A stretch of DNA of 64,000 nt from positions 1-64,000 of IMG/VR virus record IMGVR_UViG_3300037258_000301; one strand, written 5' to 3'. Below are positions 26,870 to 36,392 of this stretch, piece by piece (positions within the stretch are counted from its first letter, which is position 1; each line of letters starts with the position of its first letter). The DNA comes from a virus. Below the pieces are notes generated by a model, which did no database searches, was not told the DNA's origin, and saw nothing but the letters and a program-made list of their open reading frames with translations. Position numbers and translations under genes: made by a program.

Positions 26870-27217
26870 ATGTCTGCACGTCGACGGGTGGGGATCGTAG
26901 AGATCCTCAAGGCCCGGACCTATCCCCTCACCACTGACCAGGACGCTTCTCTCCTGGACACCCCCACCGCCCTGATCGAACCCGGTGAGTACCCGGTTTA
27001 CCGGGAAGGTGGCCGCTACTACTGGGAGATGACCGGCCACGTCAACGGGCGCGGCATCGAGAACCTCGGCGACGGCATGTTTCTGATGAACCGCGCCGAT
27101 GTCGCCACCGACGAAGAAGTCACCGTCACCTCGCACTGGTTCGACCCGCTGGAATGGGACGAGTTCCTTGCCGATCCCCAGACGCTCACCCGATTCTCCT
27201 TCACCCTAAAGGGCTGA
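26870..27217 (+). CDS. hypothetical protein
   Basis: TGATCATG junction. Confidence 0.75.
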   Translation: MSARRRVGIVEILKARTYPLTTDQDASLLDTPTALIEPGEYPVYREGGRYYWEMTGHVNGRGIENLGDGMFLMNRADVATDEEVTVTSHWFDPLEWDEFLADPQTLTRFSFTLKG

Positions 27218-27219
27218 TC

Positions 27220-27405
27220 ATGAGTACTGACCTGAAGGTCGGTGAGCGCTTCACCCCGGTTGGCTACCGCACCGAACTCACCCTCGTCTCCATCACCGAC
27301 CACACCGACGACAGCATTGGTCACATCATCCTCGAAGCCGTCGACTCCGAGGACTTCGCCTGGTTCGTGTGGGATGGCGTCGTTATCCGAGGAGAGCACC
27401 GATGA
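27220..27405 (+). CDS. hypothetical protein
   Basis: TGATCATG junction. Confidence 0.7.
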   Translation: MSTDLKVGERFTPVGYRTELTLVSITDHTDDSIGHIILEAVDSEDFAWFVWDGVVIRGEHR

Positions 27406-27650
27406 GCGACTTGACCGACAAGATGATCACGGCAGGTGCAATGAAGATTGCAATGCACTGGGGTGTCGCGAAGCCAAGCGCGTCGCACACCAAGGAAGCT
27501 CGTGCCGCTATCGCCGCCGCGCTCGACGTATTGGCTGAAGAGGGGTACTCGCTGGCGTACCGAGAAGAGCCGTCAAGCCGAGCGAAAGCCGGACACATCA
27601 CATACCCGAACCCCGTCGTCTTGGCGCGAGAGATCCAGGAGCGATCATGA
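27402..27650 (+). CDS. hypothetical protein
   Basis: ATGA overlap. Confidence 0.7.
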   Translation: MSDLTDKMITAGAMKIAMHWGVAKPSASHTKEARAAIAAALDVLAEEGYSLAYREEPSSRAKAGHITYPNPVVLAREIQERS

Positions 27651-27898
27651 ATAACCGCGACGGTGAAGCGACCGAGCGCAATGAACTCATCGAGATCCTG
27701 AGCAAGCTCTACCAACACACGCCGGAGTACATCGCTGGCATGATCATGGCTGGTTGGCGCCGGTCTGCCGTCAACCTGGCGCAGCTCGATCGGGCCATGG
27801 ACGCGTTGCAGCCTTACGGGGTGACTAGGTCTGATGCTCTGGACGCGGCTTCGGATGTTGCCCGCGCCCTCGGCCTCACCCTGGATGGCGACACATGA
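27647..27898 (+). CDS. hypothetical protein
   Basis: ATGA overlap. Confidence 0.7.
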   Translation: MNNRDGEATERNELIEILSKLYQHTPEYIAGMIMAGWRRSAVNLAQLDRAMDALQPYGVTRSDALDAASDVARALGLTLDGDT

Positions 27899-28074
27899 GT
27901 GACCTCACTGACGCGATAAGCGTCAAGCACGAAGATCCACACTTCTATGACATAGACGGCGAGTCCTGGTGCCTATGTCACTGTGCCGATTGCGTGGCGA
28001 TAGCCGACACCAGGAAAGAATTCAAGTGCATATGCCCTGATTGCGGTTGTACCGATCACGAGACTGGTGCGTGA
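27895..28074 (+). CDS. small Cys-rich protein
   Basis: 59 aa, CLCHCADC...CICPDCGC; coupled on both sides. Confidence 0.6.
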   Translation: MSDLTDAISVKHEDPHFYDIDGESWCLCHCADCVAIADTRKEFKCICPDCGCTDHETGA

Positions 28075-28322
28075 TGAGTGACTTCACCGACAAGATGATC
28101 GCGGCAGCGAATACCGCCGTCGCTAACCACGATTTCACAGACTGCGACTTCGACCCCGATTCGGTCGATGACGCCTGTACCCGAGTCGCCGTAGCCGCCG
28201 CATTCCGCGTGCTGGCCGATCACCTGGGGCCGATGACGGGAAACGTGGCCGAGCGAGCGGCGTTCGTCACCGTGTCGATGTTGATCACCGTGATGGCCAA
28301 CGAGATCGAGGACTCGCCATGA
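28074..28322 (+). CDS. hypothetical protein
   Basis: TGATG overlap. Confidence 0.65.
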   Translation: MSDFTDKMIAAANTAVANHDFTDCDFDPDSVDDACTRVAVAAAFRVLADHLGPMTGNVAERAAFVTVSMLITVMANEIEDSP

Positions 28323-28639
28323 GCGCCACCCAGACCGTCTTCGTCTCGATCGGCAACTCAGACGACAAGCTCACCCAGAAGGAGTGGGCGCAGTTCTGCA
28401 CCGACTTGAACGCGACCGTTCGCGGTCTGACTACGCGTGTCCTGGGCGAGTGGTACTCCAAGCCCGGCGAGCAGTGGCAGAACATGTGCGTCGCGAGTGA
28501 TCTGGATCCCGGTGCGCTCCAGGCCCTGTTGGTCGCGTTGGAGGCGATGCGCAAGGTCTACCGGCAGGACTCGATCGCCGTATTGCCGGGCACGACGTAT
28601 TTCGTAGATGGATCTTTGTCCGCACTCACAAAGGAGTAA
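28319..28639 (+). CDS. actinophage hypothetical protein
   Basis: SIGNSDDKLTQ.EW...YRQDSIA motif. Confidence 0.75.
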   Translation: MSATQTVFVSIGNSDDKLTQKEWAQFCTDLNATVRGLTTRVLGEWYSKPGEQWQNMCVASDLDPGALQALLVALEAMRKVYRQDSIAVLPGTTYFVDGSLSALTKE

Positions 28640-28641
28640 TC

Positions 28642-28830
28642 ATGGGTTGGCTCTCTATGGGTGAACCCCAGCATCACTGTCTGTTTCCCATGCTTTACGA
28701 CGGCCCGCTCGAAGAAGGCTATGTCGATTACATCGGCGAGCGTGTGTACGTCGGCGCACGGTGGCAGTGCACCGAATGCAGGCAGATCTGGGTCCTTAGC
28801 GACGATAAAACGTGGAAGCGAGAATCATGA
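28642..28830 (+). CDS. small Zn-ribbon-like protein
   Basis: AAGGAG RBS; WQCTEC. Confidence 0.65.
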   Translation: MGWLSMGEPQHHCLFPMLYDGPLEEGYVDYIGERVYVGARWQCTECRQIWVLSDDKTWKRES

Positions 28831-29339
28831 GCGACACCTCTTTCTATCGGGCCAAGCCCGCGCTGCGCGCTGACCTGCTCGACTTCAAGGGCCGGTACGG
28901 CGAATTCGTCCAGACCGTGGTGAAGCCCTTCTCCGATGAGTGGCCCCACAACCAGCCCGTCCGAGACCCCTTCGGCGGCGTCGTCGGATTCGAGGACAAC
29001 CATCCGGAAGACCCACCGGAGGGCCTGAGCCGCAGCCAGAAGCGTGGCTATCTGATCCCCGTGCGCGGGAAGAAGGGTGCGATCTGGCAGGAGCGACTGG
29101 ACACCTTCCAGACCGTCCCGCGCCTCCAGAGCGTGCTGGAGCGACACAACGTGCCCTCGGAGGTCACCGACCTGGCGCATAGCCGGATCTGCCTCGTCGA
29201 CTGGATGGACTTCGGTGATGATGGCGCGGTGCTGTTCCTGAACACCGACTTCAATCCGGTGCCTGACGCGGTCGAGGTCATGCCACGCAGCGAGTTCTGG
29301 GCCCTCCATGAGGCACGTTGCCCCACCGATAGCTCATGA
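28827..29339 (+). CDS. hypothetical protein
   Basis: ATGA overlap. Confidence 0.75.
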   Translation: MSDTSFYRAKPALRADLLDFKGRYGEFVQTVVKPFSDEWPHNQPVRDPFGGVVGFEDNHPEDPPEGLSRSQKRGYLIPVRGKKGAIWQERLDTFQTVPRLQSVLERHNVPSEVTDLAHSRICLVDWMDFGDDGAVLFLNTDFNPVPDAVEVMPRSEFWALHEARCPTDSS

Positions 29340-29524
29340 ACATCAAAAAGCTCGTCGGCCTGGTGCGCACCTGCTGGTTCTGTGGAGATGACGATGGTCT
29401 CCGCACCCAGGTGTGGTGGCGGGGATTCTGGCGTAACGCCTGCCCGCGCTGCGTGGATCTCCATAACCGAGGTGAACTGACCGAGACGGTCGAGGCCGAA
29501 CTGGTGGAGGAGGAAGCCGGATGA
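29336..29524 (+). CDS. small Zn-finger protein
   Basis: CxxC...CxxC. Confidence 0.65.
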   Translation: MNIKKLVGLVRTCWFCGDDDGLRTQVWWRGFWRNACPRCVDLHNRGELTETVEAELVEEEAG

Positions 29525-29678
29525 ACGCCCATGCGCAGGCATACGGTGCCCGATGGCTTCACGATGCGCAGGACAGTCCCGAGGACGAACGACTGATCGT
29601 GGAGCTGCATGAGTTGCTCTACTCGTCAGTAATCCCCGACGATGGCCCTGTCCGTCTCGCTCGATCTCTGGAGTTGGC

Positions 29679-29963
29679 ATGACCGATCTGCCGGATGAAG
29701 TCACGACCGCCGCGTCCATCGTGGCGATGCGACTGATGGCCGAGAATCTGACCAAGTGGCATGAACTCGTGGGCAAGGTCGTACACACCGACCTGGCCCT
29801 GGGTTATCCCAAGCTCAGCGCCGAATGGTGCCGCCTGATCCAGGAGGCGATCTTGGCGACCGCCATGGCCATGCAACCGGAACGCAAGCTCTACGACGCC
29901 GCCCTGCACACCCTCACGGTGGCTACCCGGCATGCCGCAGCAGCGGCGAAGGGAGTCGACTGA
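29679..29963 (+). CDS. hypothetical protein
   Basis: GGAG RBS. Confidence 0.7.
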   Translation: MTDLPDEVTTAASIVAMRLMAENLTKWHELVGKVVHTDLALGYPKLSAEWCRLIQEAILATAMAMQPERKLYDAALHTLTVATRHAAAAAKGVD

Positions 29964-30388
29964 TGGGCCGGCACGCCAAGGAGGGTCACAGTCCCGCTCC
30001 GGCGGCCTCAGCCCCCTTGGCGGGTCGGCACCGCGCCGATGTACGACACCCTGACACCTCCGCGATCACCATCTCCGGATTTTTCCGGCGTTCCCGCCAT
30101 TCTTCCCGTCGGGAACAGGATCCGAACGAGTTCCCCGAGCCAGAAGGTGCCACCCCCGGCTGGGGTGGCACTCTCCAGGGGATGCGGGCCGTCACCCCCG
30201 CCGTACGTCCCCGCCCTCTGGTCGAGGCTCGGGCTACCGGTCCCGTTCCTCTCGATCAACTTTTCGAGCCCGATTCGGTGCTCGAACCACCCACCCACTA
30301 CCGCCTGCTCGTCCCGCCTCCCGCTCGCTCCGTCACCGTGAGCGGGACAGTCTTCACGGGCGGCCTGGGTCATACCCCTGGAGTCTGA
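29963..30388 (+). CDS. Pro/Arg-rich hypothetical protein
   Basis: TGATG overlap; ends at TGATCATG. Confidence 0.6.
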   Translation: MGRHAKEGHSPAPAASAPLAGRHRADVRHPDTSAITISGFFRRSRHSSRREQDPNEFPEPEGATPGWGGTLQGMRAVTPAVRPRPLVEARATGPVPLDQLFEPDSVLEPPTHYRLLVPPPARSVTVSGTVFTGGLGHTPGV

Positions 30389-30390
30389 TC

Positions 30391-30765
30391 ATGTGTCGGA
30401 GCGAGAATGCCGACCCCGCCACGCTTTGCCGTGAGGTCATCCGTCTGGCCGTGAAGGACCATCGGTGCGATGAGTGCGGTCGTACCATTTCCGCCGGAGA
30501 ACGCTACGAGTTCGTTCACGGCCTCTACGACGGCCACTGGGACACCTACCACACCTGCCAGCACTGCCAGGCCGCCCGAGCATGGTTGGAGCGTGAGTGC
30601 GGCGGCTGGGTCTACACCGAGGTGCGCGATGAGCTGATCGAGCACTGGGAAGAAGACTGGATCTACCGCACCATCTGGCTGGCCCGCGTCATCGCCGGCA
30701 TGAAGCACCGCTGGCACGACGGCAGACTGCCGGTGCCCGCTACTCCGCCCGTCGTGGCGGCGTAG
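30391..30765 (+). CDS. conserved-looking phage Zn-binding protein
   Basis: H.C.EC...I..GERYE...YDG.W..Y.TC..C. Confidence 0.75.
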   Translation: MCRSENADPATLCREVIRLAVKDHRCDECGRTISAGERYEFVHGLYDGHWDTYHTCQHCQAARAWLERECGGWVYTEVRDELIEHWEEDWIYRTIWLARVIAGMKHRWHDGRLPVPATPPVVAA

Positions 30766-30767
30766 CC

Positions 30768-30977
30768 ATGGCCAGAAGGATCTTCATCTGCCCGTCGGGC
30801 GATCCCGTATTGAGCGATCCCAACCCGGCCTGTCCTCGGCATGAGCTGCACACGCCCTTGCCGAAGGGCTATGTCGACCGGTTCGACTGGTGCGCGAGCA
30901 TGGCTTACCGGGGCGCCCAGCAGTCTCGGTGTCCTGGCTGCAACCTGTACGTGATCTGGAGTGGAGGACGGGAATGA
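30768..30977 (+). CDS. small Cys-rich protein
   Basis: CP.H...Q.RCPGC.LY.IW. Confidence 0.7.
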   Translation: MARRIFICPSGDPVLSDPNPACPRHELHTPLPKGYVDRFDWCASMAYRGAQQSRCPGCNLYVIWSGGRE

Positions 30978-31033
30978 CTGATGCCCTCGGAACCGAGCAG
31001 CTCTACGAAAAAGATCATCCGGAGGCGTGATCG

Positions 31034-31312
31034 ATGGCGATCCAGCTTCTCTCCGGGCAGGTCTGGGTATCCGTCGGGAGGCGTAACCGAGGCCGTCGGG
31101 TCCAGATCGAGCATCTCGCGACGGACACGCTGATCAACCAGCGCACCGCGCCGGTGGCGATCTGTACGGTCCTGACGGATTGCGACAAGCATGCGGCAGT
31201 CTTGGGTTCCCCATCGCACCGCAGTGCCATCGGTCGCACTGTCGTCATCGAGATGCGTCAGTTCGACCAGAACAGCTACCGGCTGATCTCCCAGCCGAAG
31301 GAGAGCACATGA
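31034..31312 (+). CDS. hypothetical protein
   Basis: GGAGG RBS. Confidence 0.65.
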   Translation: MAIQLLSGQVWVSVGRRNRGRRVQIEHLATDTLINQRTAPVAICTVLTDCDKHAAVLGSPSHRSAIGRTVVIEMRQFDQNSYRLISQPKEST

Positions 31313-31548
31313 GCGAGATCAGCACACCCGAAGCGATCGCCGTAATCACTCGGCACTTCATGCACGGCGCGATCGAGCACGAGGCCGAGAACGGTTGGGA
31401 ACTCTACCCGGAGATCAGCGAGAACGACTGGGTCAGGGTCCAGGGGGCTGCCCAGAGCCTCTTGGGTGAGTTGCCCACCCGGGAAGAGTTCGAGTGTGCC
31501 TATCAGCACCTGGAAGCGCGGGCACAGGAGCATCCCGGCGGCGAATGA
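31309..31548 (+). CDS. hypothetical protein
   Basis: AAGGAG RBS, ATGA overlap. Confidence 0.7.
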   Translation: MSEISTPEAIAVITRHFMHGAIEHEAENGWELYPEISENDWVRVQGAAQSLLGELPTREEFECAYQHLEARAQEHPGGE

Positions 31549-31581
31549 TGCGTCGAGAGTCCCTGACGCGTTGAAAGAGGC

Positions 31582-32535
31582 ATGAGGATTCTCGTCAGTG
31601 GTAGCGCGGGGTTCGTCGGTCGGCACTATGTCGACTTCCTGTTGAGAGAGGGCCATGAGGTCTTTGGCTTCGACATCAAAGACGATGCGCATCCCCATCA
31701 GGATCATCCGCGCTACCACCACGAGGCCGAGCTGGATGCCCGTGACCACTTCTCCTTCCCGCGAGAGCGGTTCGCTTTTGGCACCGACCAGTTCGATGTG
31801 GTCATTCATCTCGCCGCGATCGTGGGCGGTCGAGCGACCATTGACGGTGAGCCGTTGACAGTCGCTACCGACCTCGGTATCGATGCCGCGTTCTTCAACT
31901 GGTGCTTCCTCACTCGTCCGCAACATGTCATCTACTTCTCCTCCAGTGCCGCTTACGGTGTTGAGCTTCAGCGTGAACCCGGCTATCTGCTCCAGGAGAC
32001 CGATCTGGCGGTGGCCGGGGGTGGCCGGATTCTCCTGCCGGACATGACCTACGGTTGGTCCAAACTTACCGGCGAGTACCTTGCTCACCACCTTCGCCAA
32101 GCAGGTGTTGACGTGCACGTCTTCAGACCGTTCTCGGGGTATGGCAGCGATCAGGGAGCCGAATATCCGTTCGGGGCGTTCATCGACCGGGCCCAACGAC
32201 ACGCCGACCCCTTCGAGATCTGGGGTACCGGCGACCAGTGCCGGGATTGGGTACACATCGACGACGTGGTGCGGGGCACCTGGGAGATCACCCTGACCGC
32301 GCCGCCCGACGTGTACAACATCTGCACTGGCAAGCCAACGAGCTTCACCACTTTGGCTCGGCTCGTGACGACGGCCGCTGGATATAGTCCCGAAGAGTTC
32401 CGTTTCCTGAAGGAAAAGCCGAGTGGCGTGCAGTATCGTGTGGGCGACCCAACTACGATGTTGCGTTACTTCAAACCAAAAATCACTTTGGCCAATGGCA
32501 TCGCCATGGCACTGGATGAAAGAGGTCATGGGTGA
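31582..32535 (+). CDS. NAD-dependent nucleotide-sugar epimerase/dehydratase
   Basis: GSAGFVG, HLAA, SSSAAYG, YGWSK, RDWVHIDD. Confidence 0.92.
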   Translation: MRILVSGSAGFVGRHYVDFLLREGHEVFGFDIKDDAHPHQDHPRYHHEAELDARDHFSFPRERFAFGTDQFDVVIHLAAIVGGRATIDGEPLTVATDLGIDAAFFNWCFLTRPQHVIYFSSSAAYGVELQREPGYLLQETDLAVAGGGRILLPDMTYGWSKLTGEYLAHHLRQAGVDVHVFRPFSGYGSDQGAEYPFGAFIDRAQRHADPFEIWGTGDQCRDWVHIDDVVRGTWEITLTAPPDVYNICTGKPTSFTTLARLVTTAAGYSPEEFRFLKEKPSGVQYRVGDPTTMLRYFKPKITLANGIAMALDERGHG

Positions 32536-33245
32536 GTCGAGAATGGCTGACCATGTTGGTGCCCACTCGGGGGCGCCCACAGAACGCGGCAGAGCTACTG
32601 GCTGCCTGCGACAAGACGAATACCGACGCACGTACCACGATCATTTTCGGGGTCGATGCCGATGACGAGTCCTTCGATGACTACGACGAGGTGGTGCGGG
32701 CAGACACGGCTACGCCCGCCATGGTGCTGACCGTCCAGCCGGGCGATCGACGAGGCATGGTCGGTGCGCTCAACCAGATGGTGGCCGCGCTGCCCACTAG
32801 CCCGCACATGGTCAGGTCGGCGGTGGGATTCATGGGGGACGACCATCGACCCCGTACCCAGAACTGGGACCGTAAACTGCTCGCCGCGTTAGGTGAGGGC
32901 TGCTTCGCGGTGGCTTACGGCGACGACCTGATCCAAGGCCCGAACCTGGCCACGGCCGTGGTGATGACCGACGACATCCCGAAAACTTTGGGCTACATGG
33001 CACCGCCGGTCCTGACGCATCTGTTCGTCGACAACGTCTGGCTGGACTGGGGTGTCGCCACCAAGTTGACCTACCTGCCCGAGGTGATCATCGAGCACGT
33101 GCACCCGGTCACCGGCAAGATCCCCTTCGACGAGGGATACACGGCGGTGAACAACGGTGCGCTCTACGACGCCGATCACGCCGCCTACCTGGAGTACTGC
33201 ATCAACCAGCTCGTTTCGGACGTCGAGAAGCTGACGTCCATATGA
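32532..33245 (+). CDS. GT-A fold glycosyltransferase
   Basis: LVPTRGRP, GFMGDDH, HLFVD, IIEHVHP. Confidence 0.8.
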   Translation: MSREWLTMLVPTRGRPQNAAELLAACDKTNTDARTTIIFGVDADDESFDDYDEVVRADTATPAMVLTVQPGDRRGMVGALNQMVAALPTSPHMVRSAVGFMGDDHRPRTQNWDRKLLAALGEGCFAVAYGDDLIQGPNLATAVVMTDDIPKTLGYMAPPVLTHLFVDNVWLDWGVATKLTYLPEVIIEHVHPVTGKIPFDEGYTAVNNGALYDADHAAYLEYCINQLVSDVEKLTSI

Positions 33246-33862
33246 CCGAGTGGCAGCTGTTCCCCGACGGGACGGTGCCGTACTTCACGACACCGGAGTT
33301 TTTCGAGGCCCATCCGTGGATCTCGCCCGTGCATCAGCTCGGTCACGCCGAGCGCACCGCGATGGTGGCGAACCTGATCCGCACCTTCGTCGCCGATTAC
33401 GACATCAGCAGCCTTGTCGATCTCGGTTGTGGTGATGGCAGCCTGCTCGGCCAGCTCAAGGACATCCCCATCTCAATGTGGGGATACGACGCCGGCACGC
33501 AGAACCGGCAGCGCGCGATTGACGAGGGGCTCGACGTTCGTCAGGCCGACCTGCTCACCACGACGCTGGAGTACGGCGAACTGATCGTGGCGACCGAGGT
33601 CGTCGAACACCTGGTCGATCCTCGGAAGTTCATCGCTGGGCTTCCTGGTGATCGGCTCGTCCTCTCGTCCCCCTCGGCAGAGACGGGGGACTGGCATTAC
33701 GAGCACCACTCCTTTGCCTGGGACATGCCCGGCTATGCCGCGATGATCAGTGACTGCGGCTGGTGCATCATCGACCACGTCGAATGCGTGGCCCCCGACA
33801 ACATCCACGGGGGCGTGCAACGTCCCCAGCGCTTCCAGGCCGTCGCCGCGATCAAGGGATGA
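33242..33862 (+). CDS. class I SAM-dependent methyltransferase
   Basis: VDLGCGDG, EVVEHLVDP. Confidence 0.88.
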   Translation: MTEWQLFPDGTVPYFTTPEFFEAHPWISPVHQLGHAERTAMVANLIRTFVADYDISSLVDLGCGDGSLLGQLKDIPISMWGYDAGTQNRQRAIDEGLDVRQADLLTTTLEYGELIVATEVVEHLVDPRKFIAGLPGDRLVLSSPSAETGDWHYEHHSFAWDMPGYAAMISDCGWCIIDHVECVAPDNIHGGVQRPQRFQAVAAIKG

Positions 33863-33865
33863 CGC

Positions 33866-34450
33866 ATGACCGAATGGCAACTGTTCGAACCCGGTACGGT
33901 GCCCGAGTGCACAACCGCTTCCTGGTATGCCGATCGACCCCGAGGACCACACCTCGATGAGGGCATCCACCAGGGGCGCCTGAGGCTCGCCAGTGAGATG
34001 GCGACCGACGCGGCCAATCGACATGGCTGTGCCGCCATCGTGGATCTGGGGGCCGGGGACGGAGGTCTGCTCTCCACCGTCAAAGGCATCCCCGCGTGGG
34101 GCTACGACCTCCAGTCCTCGAACGTCGATCCGGCCCGTGCCGAGCGGGGCGTGGATGTCCGCTATGGCGACGTGGTGGCCGGCGAGGTGGAATGGGCCGA
34201 TCTGGCCATCTGTACCGAGATGCTGGAGCACCTGCTCGACCCGCATGCCTTCGTTCGCCGGATCGCCGAGCATTCCCGGGTGTTGGTGGCCAGCTCGCCC
34301 TACACCGAGACCGATGAGTCCCATTACGCCTTTCATGTCTGGGCGTGGGACCAGGACGGTTACCGGGTGCTCCTGGAGCAGGCCGGTTACCGGATCGAGC
34401 GACATGAGACCGTGGATCTGTTCCAGGTCATCCAGGGGGTGCTGGCATGA
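33866..34450 (+). CDS. class I SAM-dependent methyltransferase (paralog of upstream gene)
   Basis: VDLGAGDG, EMLEHLLDP; same MTEWQLF..GTVP start. Confidence 0.88.
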   Translation: MTEWQLFEPGTVPECTTASWYADRPRGPHLDEGIHQGRLRLASEMATDAANRHGCAAIVDLGAGDGGLLSTVKGIPAWGYDLQSSNVDPARAERGVDVRYGDVVAGEVEWADLAICTEMLEHLLDPHAFVRRIAEHSRVLVASSPYTETDESHYAFHVWAWDQDGYRVLLEQAGYRIERHETVDLFQVIQGVLA

Positions 34451-35073
34451 CCAGCGGCATCAGCGTCGTGATTCCCTCGATTACCCCACGCGCGGACATG
34501 CTCGTCCGCGCGGTGGAGTCGGTGGCCCATCAGCTGCTGCCGGCCGACGCGATCATCGTGGAGGTCGACAACGGTCGCACCGGTGCTCCGGACACTCGAC
34601 AGCGGGGCCTGGAGAAGGTCACCACCGAGTGGGTCGCCTTCCTCGACGACGACGATCTGATGGATCCCCACCATCTGGCCACCCTGCTGGCCACGGCCAA
34701 GGAGTACGGCGCCGATTACGTCTGGTCGCGGTTTCGGATCGGCTACCCCGACGGCACCGTCGTGGATGGCCCGAGCCCGCTGAGCCAGGCCACCTTCGAG
34801 CAGTTCGATCCGGACAACCCGGCCCAGACCACGGTGACCACCTTGGTGCGTACCCGACTCGCCCTGGAGGTCGGGGGGTTTGCCGCGTTCGAGGACTCCC
34901 AACGGCATATCGACGGGCAACGCATCGGCGAGGACTTCGACTTCACCATGCGTATGCACAAGGCCGGCGCCGTCTTCCGGCACGCGCCGGTGGTGACTTG
35001 GACGTGGAGTCACTGGGGGGTAGGCGGTCCAGGAGTACCCGGAAACACAAGCGGAAGTGCCAGTAGATGGTAA
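34447..35073 (+). CDS. GT2 glycosyltransferase
   Basis: ISVVIPS, WVAFLDDDD, VGGF, GEDFD. Confidence 0.9.
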   Translation: MTSGISVVIPSITPRADMLVRAVESVAHQLLPADAIIVEVDNGRTGAPDTRQRGLEKVTTEWVAFLDDDDLMDPHHLATLLATAKEYGADYVWSRFRIGYPDGTVVDGPSPLSQATFEQFDPDNPAQTTVTTLVRTRLALEVGGFAAFEDSQRHIDGQRIGEDFDFTMRMHKAGAVFRHAPVVTWTWSHWGVGGPGVPGNTSGSASRW

Positions 35074-35165
35074 GGCCCTCTCTACCAGCCTCTCGTTGAC
35101 CTCATGTCCTGAGGCGCCTGACACCTTGAAATAGGTGAAGGACGCCTCAGGAAGGGGTCAACGAG

Positions 35166-36119
35166 ATGACCTTCATGTTGGACTGCTCGCACTATCAGGG
35201 CACCATCAACTGGCCGCAGGTCAAGGCCGCCGGTTGCGTGGGCGTCATGGTGAAGACCACTGACGGTGCCACCGGGGTCGACGCGAACTGGCAGATCAAC
35301 CATGCCGGCGCTCAGAGCGTGGGTCTCCCGGTATCCCCCTATCACTTCTCTGAAGACGGTAACCCCGCCACCGAGGCCGCGCACTTCGCTTCGATCTGGT
35401 CGGCGGGATGGGACTTTCGACCGTGGCTGGATGAGGAGAAGACGACCGCCAACGCGGCATTCATCCGGACATTCCGCAGTACCTGGCGAGGGATCACGAA
35501 CTACCCCCTGTTCGGGGTATACAGCTCCGAGAACCTCCTCACCGGCCGGCTGGCCCCCTCTGGCTGGATCGACCCGCAGACCGGTATCTGGGCCGCGCGT
35601 TACGCCCCCTCGCTTGGCTGGGACGAGGACCAGCTGCTCATCTGGCAGTTCTCCTCGGCCGCGACCATCCCCGGGGTTCTGGGGCATGTGGACGAGTCCG
35701 AGTTCATGCACGGGTGGGCACCCGGTACTGACGGTGCTCTTCTGGCCCCGACCACCAGCACGGAGGAAGACATGATCCAGACCTTCAGTTTCGATCCCAC
35801 CTACGCCGCCGGTGCCACCCCGACCAGCGCCCGGCACGTCTTCGGCACCGAGACCAACTCCATGTCGCAGGTCGCCAACCAGTCCTGGATCTGGGTGAAG
35901 TCCGGCTGGGGCTCGATGGACGCGGTGCACATCATCGCCATCGGGGACGCGCCGGCCGGTAGTGCTACCGCGCGGTATCTGGCTGATCAGACCTGGACCT
36001 CGATCGCTGGGGACGCCGGTCGCTGCTTGATGGTCGCGCCGGATGGCACCGACCAGTACTCTGTCGAGGTCACCTCCAGTGCTCCCTACACCGTCACGAT
36101 CGCGGTCAAGAGCAAGTAA
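35166..36119 (+). CDS. endolysin, GH25 muramidase with C-terminal beta-rich domain
   Basis: LDCSHYQG.INW, VKTTDG, YHF, LDEE, IWAARY, IWQFSS, VD. Confidence 0.9.
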   Translation: MTFMLDCSHYQGTINWPQVKAAGCVGVMVKTTDGATGVDANWQINHAGAQSVGLPVSPYHFSEDGNPATEAAHFASIWSAGWDFRPWLDEEKTTANAAFIRTFRSTWRGITNYPLFGVYSSENLLTGRLAPSGWIDPQTGIWAARYAPSLGWDEDQLLIWQFSSAATIPGVLGHVDESEFMHGWAPGTDGALLAPTTSTEEDMIQTFSFDPTYAAGATPTSARHVFGTETNSMSQVANQSWIWVKSGWGSMDAVHIIAIGDAPAGSATARYLADQTWTSIAGDAGRCLMVAPDGTDQYSVEVTSSAPYTVTIAVKSK

Positions 36120-36138
36120 CCCTGGCCCCATCTTTGGC

Positions 36139-36171
36139 TGAGGACCCCGTGGCATCGCTGCGGGGTCCTCA
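36139..36171 (+). terminator. hairpin after endolysin
   Basis: TGAGGACCCCG...CGGGGTCCTCA, no U tract. Confidence 0.55.
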
Positions 36172-36392
36172 TCGTTCGAAAGGTGCCCCATGCTCTCCAT
36201 CTTCACCGACCGAGCCGCGCCGCCGTTCGGTCGACCACTCGTCCTGGAAAACGACCGACATGAACGAGTCCTGTGGACCGGCAAGCGCTGGTACGACCCA
36301 TCGGCCAGCAATGGCGACCTCCAGTCACAGGAGGCATGGCCGCCCGATCCCTACGTCTATGGTTCGGGCCCCTGGCATGCGGTGATCTCTCG

